From the NCBI GenBank assembly GCA_017429505.1, contig JAFROW010000008.1, positions 503 through 64,502 on the forward strand: 64,000 nucleotides of DNA. The letters are read 5' to 3'. Below are positions 9,215 to 19,141 of this stretch, one piece after another. The translations under genes were made by a program, and so were the position numbers. Every line of letters begins with the position of its first letter. The stretch's first letter is position 1. This DNA comes from Clostridia bacterium (GTDB lineage: Bacteria; Bacillota; Clostridia; TANB77; CAG-508). Below the pieces are notes generated by a model. That model saw nothing but the letters and a program-made list of their open reading frames with translations. It was not told the DNA's origin and did no database searches.

Positions 9215-10463
9215 TTAAAATAACTTTCCAGCTGTAAATCCTGTAGAATAAGCAATTTGCAAATTAAATCCCCCTGTATAAGCATCTACATCTATTACTT
9301 CACCTGCAAAATATAGTCCTTTTACAATTTTAGACTCCATAGTTGATGGATTTATTTCTTTTATGTTTATTCCTCCACTTGTTATAATCGCTTCATCTAT
9401 TGGTCTAAAGCCTTTTATTGTAATTTTTAAATCTTTAATTATGTGCACTAATTGTTCTCTTTCCTTTTTGGTTATTTCATTTACTTGTTTTTCAGGATTT
9501 ATTTTTGAAAATTCAATTATCGGATTTATCATTTTTTGTGGTAATAATTTATCTAAGCTATTTTTAAACTTTTTATTTTTCATTTCTGAAAAATCTCTTA
9601 AAATTCTATCATCCAGTTTTTCTTTGCTAAGTGCTGGTTTTAAGTCTATGTGCAATATTATTTTCTTTTTTTGTAATAGATTATCTAAATTTTTGTATCT
9701 TACCAAATGAGATGATCCACTTAAAATTATAGGTCCTGACACACCAAAATGAGTAAAAATCATTTCTCCAAAATCTTCATATATCTTTTTATTTTTTTCT
9801 ATATCCTCTATAAAAATTCCTACATTTCTTAAGCTCAATCCCTGCATTTCTAGGCACAATTCTTTTTCAAAACATGTAAGTGGTACAAGTGATGGCTTTA
9901 TTTCTGTTATTGTGTGTCCTTGTCTTTTGGCAAATTCATATCCATCTCCTGTTGAACCTGTTAAAGGATAGCTTTTGCCTCCTGTTGCAATAATTACTTT
10001 ATCTGCATTGATATTTTGTTTATTTGTTTTAACACCTTTTGCTTGTCCATCTTCTACAATTATATCTTTTACAATTTCTTCAAAAAATATTTTTACTTTA
10101 ACCTCTTTTAGTCTTTTTTCAAAACATTTTAAAACATCTATAGATCTATCTGTTACAGGGAAAATTCTGTTTCCTCTTTCTTCTTTTACTTCTAAGCCCT
10201 GTTTTTTCAAAAAGTGTATAATATCTTTATTTGTGAAATTTTTAAAACTACTATATAAGAACCTTCCGATTACCAGGTATATTTTTTATAAAATCATCTA
10301 TATCTATTGAAGATGTAATGTTACATCTACCTTTGCCTGTTATTAAAAGCTTTTTGCCTAATGCTTTATTTTTTTCTATTATAATTACTTCATTTCCATT
10401 TTCTGCTGCAGTAATTGCAGACATCATTCCTGCAGGCCCTCCGCCAATTATAAGTACTTTCAT
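9215..10463 (-). pseudogene. HI0933/YhiN/BaiN-family NAD(P)/FAD oxidoreductase interrupted by a +1 frameshift (pseudogene, recoded gene or assembly error)
   Basis: GGGPAG and GKGRCNIT in 10251-10463; ATGGKSYP and GGFNLQIAYSTG in 9215-10210; removing the base at 10268 restores ...NIPGNGRFLYSSF... and a 415-aa protein. Confidence 0.85.
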
Positions 10464-10593
10464 TTTCTTTACTTCCTTCTTTTTTAATAAAAAAACTAAA
10501 TGCTACCACACATTTAGTTCTTTCGCCTATCTAATGACTTTTAGCTTAATTAAGTAACTATATTTAACTTTATTTTCAAGTATATGTCAAATT

Positions 10594-11037
10594 CTAAAAA
10601 ATCGCTCCAACAATAATACCAATAATAGCCCCTACAATAACTTGTGTAGGAGTATGGCCTAAAACTTCTACCAATCTTTCTTGTACCTCCAAATCTGATA
10701 AGCCTGGGGTCTCTACAATTTTGTTTAATAAAGTTGCTTGCTTGCCTGCTGCTCTTCTTACTCCTGCTGCATCATACATAACTACAAATGCAAAAACCAT
10801 ACTTAGTGCAAAAATTGGTGAATTAAATCCATATTCTTTTCCAATTAAAGTCGAAAGTGACATAACTACTGCTGTATGTGAACTTGGCATTCCTCCAGCT
10901 CCTAATATTCTTTTAAAATTAAATTTTTTAGTTGTAACTAAGTCCCAAATCACTTTAAATGTTTGTATAAAGAACCATGTAAGTATTGGTACTATTAAAT
11001 ATTTATTTGTAAAAAGTTGTGCAAAATATTCATTCAT
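10594..11037 (-). CDS. Divergent PAP2 family protein (DUF212)
   Basis: GGMPSSH, YDAAGVRRAAG and GHTP motifs. Confidence 0.92.
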   Translation of the reverse strand: MNEYFAQLFTNKYLIVPILTWFFIQTFKVIWDLVTTKKFNFKRILGAGGMPSSHTAVVMSLSTLIGKEYGFNSPIFALSMVFAFVVMYDAAGVRRAAGKQATLLNKIVETPGLSDLEVQERLVEVLGHTPTQVIVGAIIGIIVGAIF

Positions 11038-11051
11038 CTTTTTTATTCCTC

Positions 11052-11273
11052 TTATTCTTCTTCAAAATTTTCTTCTTCAATTTCTCCGTCTTTTTCTAAT
11101 AAAATCGTTATCTTTTTTTCTGCTTCTTCAAGCATTTTGTTGCATTCTTTAGATAATTTCATTCCTTGTTCAAATTTTATTAAAGATTCGTCTAAGTTCA
11201 TTTCTCCATTTTCAAGTTCATTTACAACTTTTTCTAGTTCAGAAATTTTTTCTTCGAAATTGTTTGCTTTCAT
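11052..11273 (-). CDS. xseB: Exodeoxyribonuclease VII small subunit
   Basis: FEEKISELEKVVNELENGEMNLDESLIKFEQG. Confidence 0.95.
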   Translation of the reverse strand: MKANNFEEKISELEKVVNELENGEMNLDESLIKFEQGMKLSKECNKMLEEAEKKITILLEKDGEIEEENFEEE

Positions 11274-11366
11274 TTTGTGCCTCCTAACCTTATATAAATT
11301 ATTTTTTTATTATTTAATTAAATGTACATATATATTTGTTTTAAACTTTTTCATGATAACTTCAAA

Positions 11367-11987
11367 TTATTCAGTAACAGTTTTTTTATTAACATCAACT
11401 TTGTATGTTGTCATCTCTATAGTAGTATTGCTGTCTCTAACTACAATTGTATAAATTCCTTTTTTCTCATTTTTATCTTCTACATCAAAATAGACATTGC
11501 TATTTTTCTTTCCCCATTTTTCTTTTGCTAAAGATATAGCAAGTTTTTCAGGATCTTTTTCATTACTATCTGTTTTATATGTTCCACTATTTTTACTTGT
11601 AGAAGTATTTGAACTTGTATTTTTAGTTGAATTATTTTCTTCAGTTGTATTTTCAGAACTTGTATTGCTTGTAGTGTTCTTTGAATTGCTATTTTCTACA
11701 TTTTTATTTTCTTCTTCGCTTTCTGAAACACTATTTTCGTTAGTCGTATTTGCTTCTAATTCATTCTTATAATCATTGTTTTCAGAGCCGTTCTCTTTTG
11801 AAATTTTTTCATTGCTAGAAGAACTTTGATTATTAGTTGAATTTTGAGCAGTTTCTATTTTTTCTTTAGTTTCCTGATACTTATAGCTATTCAAATTTTT
11901 AATTCTTATTCCTAAAATTACTCCTATAATTATTATTGCAATAATTGAAACTATTGCAACTGCTTTTTTATCTACCATAAAAATCAT
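11367..11987 (-). CDS. Membrane-anchored protein with Asn/Ser/Thr-rich linker and small C-terminal domain
   Basis: N-terminal TM segment, low-complexity spacer, about 65-aa globular C-terminus. Confidence 0.75.
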   Translation of the reverse strand: MIFMVDKKAVAIVSIIAIIIIGVILGIRIKNLNSYKYQETKEKIETAQNSTNNQSSSSNEKISKENGSENNDYKNELEANTTNENSVSESEEENKNVENSNSKNTTSNTSSENTTEENNSTKNTSSNTSTSKNSGTYKTDSNEKDPEKLAISLAKEKWGKKNSNVYFDVEDKNEKKGIYTIVVRDSNTTIEMTTYKVDVNKKTVTE

Positions 11988-12072
11988 CTCACAATCATAA
12001 TTTTTTATTGCTTAATATATAATTTTAAAATTTATACAAATGCAATCAAATTATATTAACTTTTAACTTTAT

Positions 12073-13266
12073 TTAAATAATCTTAGCCTGCTTCTCTCCA
12101 TCAACGAATCTCAGGCTTATTTCATCATCTTTATTTAAATCAGTTTTACTCTTTATAATTTTTCCCTGCTTTTCAGTAATTGAATACCCTCTAGTTAGAG
12201 TCTTCAAAGGACTTAAAGCATCAAGTCTTGCAGCCTTTTCTACAAATTTTTCTTTTGCTTTACTATAAGCATTTTTCACACTTACTTCCAAAGCTCTAAT
12301 GTTTTTATCTAATACCAAAGAATACTCATTTATTTTTTTGTATGGATCTTTAAATACCGCCGAAGCTTGCGTTTTGTCGAACCTTAATCTCATAACTTCA
12401 ACTTTTTTCTTTAAAGCTAATCTACTTCGTTGCTTATATAAATTAATTTTTTCTTTTAATTCGAAAATATCGGGATTTGCAAGTTCTGCTGCAGCTGAAG
12501 GTGTAGGAGCTCTTAAATCTGCGACAAAATCAGCAATTGTAAAATCTGTTTCATGTCCTACTGCTGAAATAATTGGAATTTTAGAATTATATATTGCTCT
12601 TGCAACTACTTCTTCATTAAATGGCCAAAGATCTTCTAAAGATCCTCCACCTCTTCCAATTATTAGAACATCTGCTAATTTTTTTTCATTCATAAGTTTA
12701 ATTCCTCTTGCTATTTGTTCAGCAGCTCCTGGTCCTTGTACAGACACAGGAAATAGCCTTATATATGTACTTGGATTTCTTCTTGTAGAAACATTTATTA
12801 TGTCTCGAATTACAGAACCTGTTTGTGATGTCAAAACTCCTATTACATTTGGTTTAAGCGGAATTTTCTTTTTATGTGCTTCGTCAAAAAGACCCTCTTT
12901 TTCCAAGTCAGCTTTAAGCTTTTCATAAGCTTCATACAAGTCACCTACTCCATCTTGTTTCATAGCCTTTACATAAATTTGATAAATTCCATCTCTTTCA
13001 TAAACAGATACACTACCAAAAACCATTACTTTCATTCCATCTTTTGGCATAAATCCAAGCCTTTCGGCATAGCTTTTAAACATAATACATTTAATTAAAG
13101 ATTTATCATCTTTTAATGTAAAATATAGATGGCCTGTGTAATGGTTTTTAAAATTTGATATTTCTCCTTTAACAACAACTGCACTTAAAGCTTCATCTCC
13201 TGCAATTTTATCTTTAATATATAAGTTCAAATCTGTAACCGAAACTGCTACCAAATCATAATTCAT
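12073..13266 (-). CDS. xseA: Exodeoxyribonuclease VII large subunit
   Basis: GEISNF, GHLYFTLKD, RGGGSLEDLWPFN, GHETD, TPSAAAE. Confidence 0.97.
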   Translation of the reverse strand: MNYDLVAVSVTDLNLYIKDKIAGDEALSAVVVKGEISNFKNHYTGHLYFTLKDDKSLIKCIMFKSYAERLGFMPKDGMKVMVFGSVSVYERDGIYQIYVKAMKQDGVGDLYEAYEKLKADLEKEGLFDEAHKKKIPLKPNVIGVLTSQTGSVIRDIINVSTRRNPSTYIRLFPVSVQGPGAAEQIARGIKLMNEKKLADVLIIGRGGGSLEDLWPFNEEVVARAIYNSKIPIISAVGHETDFTIADFVADLRAPTPSAAAELANPDIFELKEKINLYKQRSRLALKKKVEVMRLRFDKTQASAVFKDPYKKINEYSLVLDKNIRALEVSVKNAYSKAKEKFVEKAARLDALSPLKTLTRGYSITEKQGKIIKSKTDLNKDDEISLRFVDGEKQAKII

Positions 13267-13300
13267 CTCATCACAATCCTTTTTCGTTATTTACCCTTTT

Positions 13301-13475
13301 TGAATATATAAATATTTTGAAAATAATCTTATTTAACTAAATAACTTAAAAATTCTTAGTAATTTTTCAAGGGAATCTAAAAACAAATTTTTTAGGGTGC
13401 TTGCAAAATTAATTAGAATTTTTTAGTGTTAAATGAAAGTTAGCTAAGATTATTTGAAAAATATTTATATATTCA
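13301..13475. repeat. About 175-bp fold-back palindrome (MITE/REP-like)
   Basis: 31-bp terminal inverted repeats with 2 mismatches; imperfect pairing continues to the centre. Confidence 0.75.
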
Positions 13476-13492
13476 ATTGCAAATTTTTAAAT

Positions 13493-13906
13493 TTACACAA
13501 GTTTCATTTGCTTCACAGCTGTTGCTAAAGCCCCATTTATAAACTTACTAGAAGTATCTTCTCCATATTTTTTTGCAAGTTCTACTGCTTCATTTATTTC
13601 TACTTTGTATGGAATATCTTTATATTTAATTTCATATATAGCAAGCTTTAAAATACTTATATTTATTTTTGAAATTCTTTCAATTGTCCATTTTTCTGTT
13701 AAACAATTTTTTATTATATTTTTAATTTCAGCATAATTATCTTTAATTCCAAAAATAACATCTTTTATGTATTCTATAGTTTCTGCTTTTTCGATTTCAT
13801 TATGTTCAATAAACAAATCAACTTGTTCTTCTAAATTTTCTGTTTGCTGTATTTCCAAACTATATATTAACTTAAATGCTGATTCCCTCATTTTTGTTCT
13901 GCTCAT
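13493..13906 (-). CDS. nusB: Transcription antitermination factor NusB
   Basis: [30 protein letters not shown]. Confidence 0.95.
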   Translation of the reverse strand: MSRTKMRESAFKLIYSLEIQQTENLEEQVDLFIEHNEIEKAETIEYIKDVIFGIKDNYAEIKNIIKNCLTEKWTIERISKINISILKLAIYEIKYKDIPYKVEINEAVELAKKYGEDTSSKFINGALATAVKQMKLV

Positions 13907-14061
13907 TATTAATTCCCCTTATTTTAGAATATGCGTTATAAATATATTTTTTTTACAATCTCTTATCATTTATTTTATTATATAGGAAACACTATAAAAC
14001 TTCTAAGTTTCCTATATTTGCGTGATTGCTTTACACTCTTATTCGAAGTCTAAGTCAATTT

Positions 14062-14265
14062 TTAAAATCTATCTATAAAATTCTTTAATCTGTCTTTTAC
14101 AATTTGTTTATTTTGTTGAATGTAATTTCCAACAAAAGCTCCTAAAAATATTAATATAATTGCAACAATTAGCTTGTATAAATTTGTAAAAATAATTAAA
14201 ACTGCAAGTATAACTCCTAATATTGCACCTTTATAACTATTCCAAAAGTCTTTTATACTGTTCAT
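14062..14265 (-). CDS. DUF2273 small membrane protein
   Basis: Two hydrophobic segments; conserved position in asp23-amaP-DUF2273-nusB. Confidence 0.8.
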   Translation of the reverse strand: MNSIKDFWNSYKGAILGVILAVLIIFTNLYKLIVAIILIFLGAFVGNYIQQNKQIVKDRLKNFIDRF

Positions 14266-14336
14266 AATAAATTCATCCCTTTCTTGATTAGCACGAAAGT
14301 AAACATAGCTTTAATAGATTTTATCTTTCAAACTAA

Positions 14337-14897
14337 TTATTCCTCCGATTCTAGATTTACTACATTTTTTATTCTAACATTAACTTCATTTACATCTAAG
14401 TCTGATGTTTTGTTTATAGCTTCTTTTATTCTATTTTGCATATTTAATGTTAAATCTTTTATAACAACATCTTTAGTTACTAATAAATCAACAAAAACTG
14501 CTACATTGTTTTGCTCATCTAATTCAATTCTTGTATGTGCTTCTTTTGCTCCAGGAAATTCTTTTACAACGGCATTTACAAGATTCTCTAATGTGTCACG
14601 AGAAATCATTAATTTACCATTATCATTTTGCATTAACACATCTCTGCTATTTTTGCTTTCTTCTTTGCTTCCTGAATCTGCAAAAATACAAATAACTGCA
14701 AATAACATGCAAAATCCATTTATAACTAAAACTACCTTATTTTGTGGTGATGTAGTTAAAATCTTTTGGATTATCGAAAATGCTGTATCATAATCAAGCC
14801 ATCCAATAACTAATAAATTTATTACAACTCCAATTATTAAAATTATTACTGAAAACAGTACTAAAACTAATTTACTTAATTTTTTCATTTTTTTCAT
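14337..14897 (-). CDS. amaP: Alkaline shock response membrane anchor AmaP
   Basis: Two TM segments plus Asp23-like C-terminal domain (GKLMISRDTLE, VNVRI); gene order. Confidence 0.85.
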   Translation of the reverse strand: MKKMKKLSKLVLVLFSVIILIIGVVINLLVIGWLDYDTAFSIIQKILTTSPQNKVVLVINGFCMLFAVICIFADSGSKEESKNSRDVLMQNDNGKLMISRDTLENLVNAVVKEFPGAKEAHTRIELDEQNNVAVFVDLLVTKDVVIKDLTLNMQNRIKEAINKTSDLDVNEVNVRIKNVVNLESEE

Positions 14898-15012
14898 TCC
14901 TTCCCAAACTATCTCTTGTACGAGGTTTTTCCTCTAAATAGTATTTATTCTATTATTTAGTGACCAATATTTTTGCCAATTTGTAGTATTTAGATTATTT
15001 TTTGCAAATATT

Positions 15013-15450
15013 TTAATCGTTTTTTTCTTCTTCTTTACTTTCTTCTACAATTTCTTCAACAGGTTCAGCATTAAGGCTTTGTGTATTTACTCCTTGAACA
15101 TGTACATTTACTTCTGTAACTTTAAGTCCTGTCATGTTTTCTACTGACTTTTTTACTCTGTTTTGAATTTCGAATGCAACATCTGGAATTCTGCTTCCAT
15201 ATTCTACTATAATGTTTACGTCAATATTTGCTGTAATTTCTGTTGCCTCAACTTTGATTCCTTTTGCTAAATTTTTCTTTCCTTTTAAAGCTTCTGTTAA
15301 TCCTCCTGTTAGTCCTCCAGCCATTGCTGCAACTCCTGGTACTTCTGATGCAGCCACTCCTGCAATAACTGCGATTACATCATTAGAAATCTTAATTCCT
15401 TCTGACTCCTTTACTTCCTCTACTACCTCTATATTTTTGTTTTCTTCCAT
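15013..15450 (-). CDS. Asp23/Gls24 family envelope stress protein
   Basis: IKISNDVIAVIAG, KGIKVE, VENMTGLKVTEVNVHV; start placed at the SD-supported ATG. Confidence 0.93.
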   Translation of the reverse strand: MEENKNIEVVEEVKESEGIKISNDVIAVIAGVAASEVPGVAAMAGGLTGGLTEALKGKKNLAKGIKVEATEITANIDVNIIVEYGSRIPDVAFEIQNRVKKSVENMTGLKVTEVNVHVQGVNTQSLNAEPVEEIVEESKEEEKND

Positions 15451-15540
15451 ATAAATCACTTTCCTTTCATTATTTTTATATGCCTATAGTATATCAATTT
15501 TTTCTATAATTTACAACTATTTTTTTAAAAAAAATGCAAA

Positions 15541-15577
15541 AACTTCCTTTGACAAAATTAGTTTGTCAAAAGAAGTT
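15541..15577 (-). terminator. Terminator after the LPXTG surface protein gene
   Basis: AACTTCCTTTGACAAA...TTTGTCAAAAGAAGTT. Confidence 0.7.
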
Positions 15578-15650
15578 CTGTTTTTTCTATATTCTTTTTA
15601 TTTTTCACTACTTTCTTGTTTGTATATGAATGGAAATATTAATAATAACA

Positions 15651-17276
15651 CTATAATCCCTTATATTTATTGTTCTTAACTTTGAAGAACACTGCAAACC
15701 CTGTAATCACTACAATCGTCAAGCCTATTGTTGTAGCTCCTGTGTATGGTAATTTACTTGGCGAACTTGATTTTTTTGTATTTTCTTTGGTAGTTGTTCC
15801 TGTTGTTTTTCCATCAACTGTAGTTGTTCCTGTTTGAACAACACCAAAATCATCCCATTTAAAATCGTCGTTTCCTAAAAAGAACAAGTACCAATCTCCA
15901 TTATTATGTACACTTGCCTTTGCCAAAGTTAACCCAGAAACAGGATAATATTTTCCGTTTTCATCATCAAATACGACATACATATAGTAATATGCACTAT
16001 TTTCAAGATTTTTAAGTTGTATTACATCTCTATTTTCTCCAAAATTTGTGCCATATTCAGCAAAACTTGATGTTTTATTAGTTGTAAGTTTGTTATTATA
16101 AACAGCATTATTGTTTTTAGCATATTCTAATAAAGAATTCCAAGCATCTCCGTTATTATTTTTAATACCATTTAAAATATTTTTGTCTGTTATCTTTCCT
16201 ATTTTTAAAGTGAATTTTCTTTCTGTTTGTTGTGCATATGGAATAGTGTAAATTATTTGAGTAGAATCATGTGTCATAAAAGTAGAACTCGTAAAAGTCT
16301 CGGCATAACCAGGATACTTAAGTCTTTCAAGTTTTTGACCTGATACAACATATTGAGTTTTATAACCTATTGAGTTTCCATTATCATCATAATAATTTGT
16401 TTCAAATTTTTCTTGATCTATTATCCACAAATACAAATCCTGATTTAATTGAACATATTCTTCCAATTGAGAAGCATATAAATATCCATCTTTTTCATTA
16501 TATCCAAATGTTTTCCATTTAGAATCTGATGTATCTATATTTCCATTATCCTTTAATTTTATTTCAGGTTTTTGATTTTGTGCAGTTATACAATAATAAA
16601 GTCGGTCACTATTATTTGTTACATTTTTTATATGTAAATTAACACGTGAAACGCCATCTTTAACTAATTCATATTCTGCTTTTGAAAAATCAGTAAAAGT
16701 TGGTGCATCTGTTACTGTAACATTAATATCTTTAGTTCCACCTGCAACTGTTGCAGTTATTGTTGCAGTTCCTGCCTTAACCGCAGTTATTTTTCCATTA
16801 CTATCTACCCTAGCAATACTTTCATCACTACTTTTCCATTGTACTTCAGGATTTGTAATATCTTTATGATTGTAATCAGTTGCAGTAATTGTAATAGTTT
16901 TGCTTTCATATTCTCCAAGTACTAAAACCACATCAGTAATATTTGATTTAACATAGCTACTATATACAACATTTATTATACATGTTGCTGTTTGTGAACC
17001 TGCTGTTGCAGTTATCGTTGCAGTTCCTATTGCTTTAGCTGTAACTTGTCCGTTAGAATCAACAGAAGCAATATCATTATTTGAGCTACTCCATGTTATT
17101 GTTTCTCCAGTAGGTTTATTTTCACAATAAAGATATTTAGTTCTATTTAATTCAACATCTTCACTATCTTTAGATAACTTAAATTCTCCATCTGCCTTAA
17201 CGATTGTTGCAAATCCTAATATCATAATTAAACTTACAATAAATAAAATAATTAATTTTTTTGACTTTTGTTTCAT
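15651..17276 (-). CDS. Sortase-anchored surface protein with two Ig-like (Big_2) domains
   Basis: Signal peptide; two WxSSxxxIAxVDSNGxxTA repeats; C-terminal LPYTG, TM segment and basic tail. Confidence 0.9.
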   Translation of the reverse strand: MKQKSKKLIILFIVSLIMILGFATIVKADGEFKLSKDSEDVELNRTKYLYCENKPTGETITWSSSNNDIASVDSNGQVTAKAIGTATITATAGSQTATCIINVVYSSYVKSNITDVVLVLGEYESKTITITATDYNHKDITNPEVQWKSSDESIARVDSNGKITAVKAGTATITATVAGGTKDINVTVTDAPTFTDFSKAEYELVKDGVSRVNLHIKNVTNNSDRLYYCITAQNQKPEIKLKDNGNIDTSDSKWKTFGYNEKDGYLYASQLEEYVQLNQDLYLWIIDQEKFETNYYDDNGNSIGYKTQYVVSGQKLERLKYPGYAETFTSSTFMTHDSTQIIYTIPYAQQTERKFTLKIGKITDKNILNGIKNNNGDAWNSLLEYAKNNNAVYNNKLTTNKTSSFAEYGTNFGENRDVIQLKNLENSAYYYMYVVFDDENGKYYPVSGLTLAKASVHNNGDWYLFFLGNDDFKWDDFGVVQTGTTTVDGKTTGTTTKENTKKSSSPSKLPYTGATTIGLTIVVITGFAVFFKVKNNKYKGL

Positions 17277-17550
17277 TTTTTATTCCTCCATCATTTTTAT
17301 AAATTAAAAATTTTAAAACCTAACTTCACTTAAAATAATATCATTTTTTTTTTATCCTTACAATACTTTAAAATTATATTTGTATATGCATATTTTGTGT
17401 ATAACTGATATTTCAAGTGTTTTACATTTTATTACATTTCTGTTACTTTTTTGTAATATTTTTGTAACATTTCTTAAGAAATCAAAAAAATACAGACACT
17501 ATTTGTCTGCATTTTTCAATCACCTTTATTATTTCATACTTGGAATTCTT

Positions 17551-18987
17551 TTATATTCTTATCATTCCACAAGCAATTCTACTTTCTGTTCCTGCATTTA
17601 AAAGTTTAGATCCACCTGAAACTATAACTAAATCTCCACTTTCTAAAATCTTATCTTTTTTTAATTGTTTTAATCCTACCTCTACAGTTTTATCTGTAGT
17701 TTCTTGAGCTTCCACAAAAATTGGATGAACATTCCATACTAATCCCAATTGATTAAATGTTCTTCTATTGTCTGTAATAGCAAGTACTGGGCATGCTGTT
17801 CCTATTCCTGCTAATCTTCTTGCACTATCTCCTGTATTTGTATATGCAACGATTGCATCTGCATTCATTTTTTGTGCTAGTACACAGGCAGCTTTTGCAA
17901 CATTCATTTCAAAAGTTGATGTATCTATATCATCTTCTTTATTTTTAAATCTTTTCCAATAATGAACTTCTGGCTCAACTCTTCTTGCTATTTTATCCAT
18001 TGTCTGTACACATTCTATTGGGTAATCTCCCATAGCACATTCTCCTGAAAGCATAACTGCACTTGTTCTATCAAATATAGCATTTGCAACATCACTTGCT
18101 TCAGCTCTTGTAGGTAATGGATTATGAGTCATAGACTCAAGCATTTGTGTTGCAGTTATTGCAGGTTTATTAAGATTATTTGCCAATCTTATTATCTTTT
18201 TTTGCATAATTGGTGGTTCTGTAAAATCAGTTTCTGTTGCCATATCTCCTCTTGCTATCATTTGAGCATCTGCCATTTCTACTATAGACTCATAATTTTC
18301 TAATCCCTCAACATTTTCTATTTTTGTAATAATTTTTATGTCTTTTCCACCATTTTCATCTAAAACTTTTCTTACTTGTTTAATATCATCTACATTTCTT
18401 GTAAATGACATTGCAACATAATCATAATCATGTTCACATGCAGTTTTAAGGTCTTGAATATCTTTTTCTGCAAGTGCTGGTAATTTAATTGCAGTTCCTG
18501 GCACATTTACAGTTTTTCTACTTCCTAATCCATTTCCATGAATTACTGTACAAACTATATCTTTGTCTTGAATTTCATCAACTCTTAATTCTATAGCTCC
18601 ATCATCAATTAAAATCTTAGCTCCTAGTGTAACATCTTTATATAGTTCTTTATATGATATAGAAACTTTTTGTTCATCTCCAGTAATATCTTCATTTACT
18701 AGAGTGAATTTTTGACCATCTTTAAGTTCAACTTTTGTATTTGTTCCTGTGTATAGCATTCCTGTTCTTATTTCTGGTCCTTTCATATCTAAAATCATTG
18801 CAATTGGTAAATTTAACTCTTTTCTTAATCTAATTATTTCCTCTGTTTTCTCTTTTTGTTCTTCATAACTTCCATGAGAATAATTTATTCTACATACATT
18901 TAATCCTGCCTCAAATAATTCTCTTAATTTGTGTTCGCTTGCAGGTCCTATAGTTCCTACTATTTTTGTTTTTCTTAATTGTTTCAT
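17551..18987 (-). CDS. pyk: Pyruvate kinase
   Basis: KTKIVGTIGPAS, DMKGPEIRTG, ARGDM, ATQMLESM, PTRAEASDVANA; start at the SD-supported ATG 18987. Confidence 0.97.
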   Translation of the reverse strand: MKQLRKTKIVGTIGPASEHKLRELFEAGLNVCRINYSHGSYEEQKEKTEEIIRLRKELNLPIAMILDMKGPEIRTGMLYTGTNTKVELKDGQKFTLVNEDITGDEQKVSISYKELYKDVTLGAKILIDDGAIELRVDEIQDKDIVCTVIHGNGLGSRKTVNVPGTAIKLPALAEKDIQDLKTACEHDYDYVAMSFTRNVDDIKQVRKVLDENGGKDIKIITKIENVEGLENYESIVEMADAQMIARGDMATETDFTEPPIMQKKIIRLANNLNKPAITATQMLESMTHNPLPTRAEASDVANAIFDRTSAVMLSGECAMGDYPIECVQTMDKIARRVEPEVHYWKRFKNKEDDIDTSTFEMNVAKAACVLAQKMNADAIVAYTNTGDSARRLAGIGTACPVLAITDNRRTFNQLGLVWNVHPIFVEAQETTDKTVEVGLKQLKKDKILESGDLVIVSGGSKLLNAGTESRIACGMIRI

Positions 18988-19141
18988 ATTTTTACTTCCT
19001 TTCATTTTTACTTTTATTATATGTATTTTTTAACACTTGGTTATTATAACACAATTATGCATTAATATTCAAGTAATTTTAATTTTTTTGTTAAAATCCT
19101 AGTTATTAGTTTTAGTATAAATTTTTCGTGTAATTTGCGTA

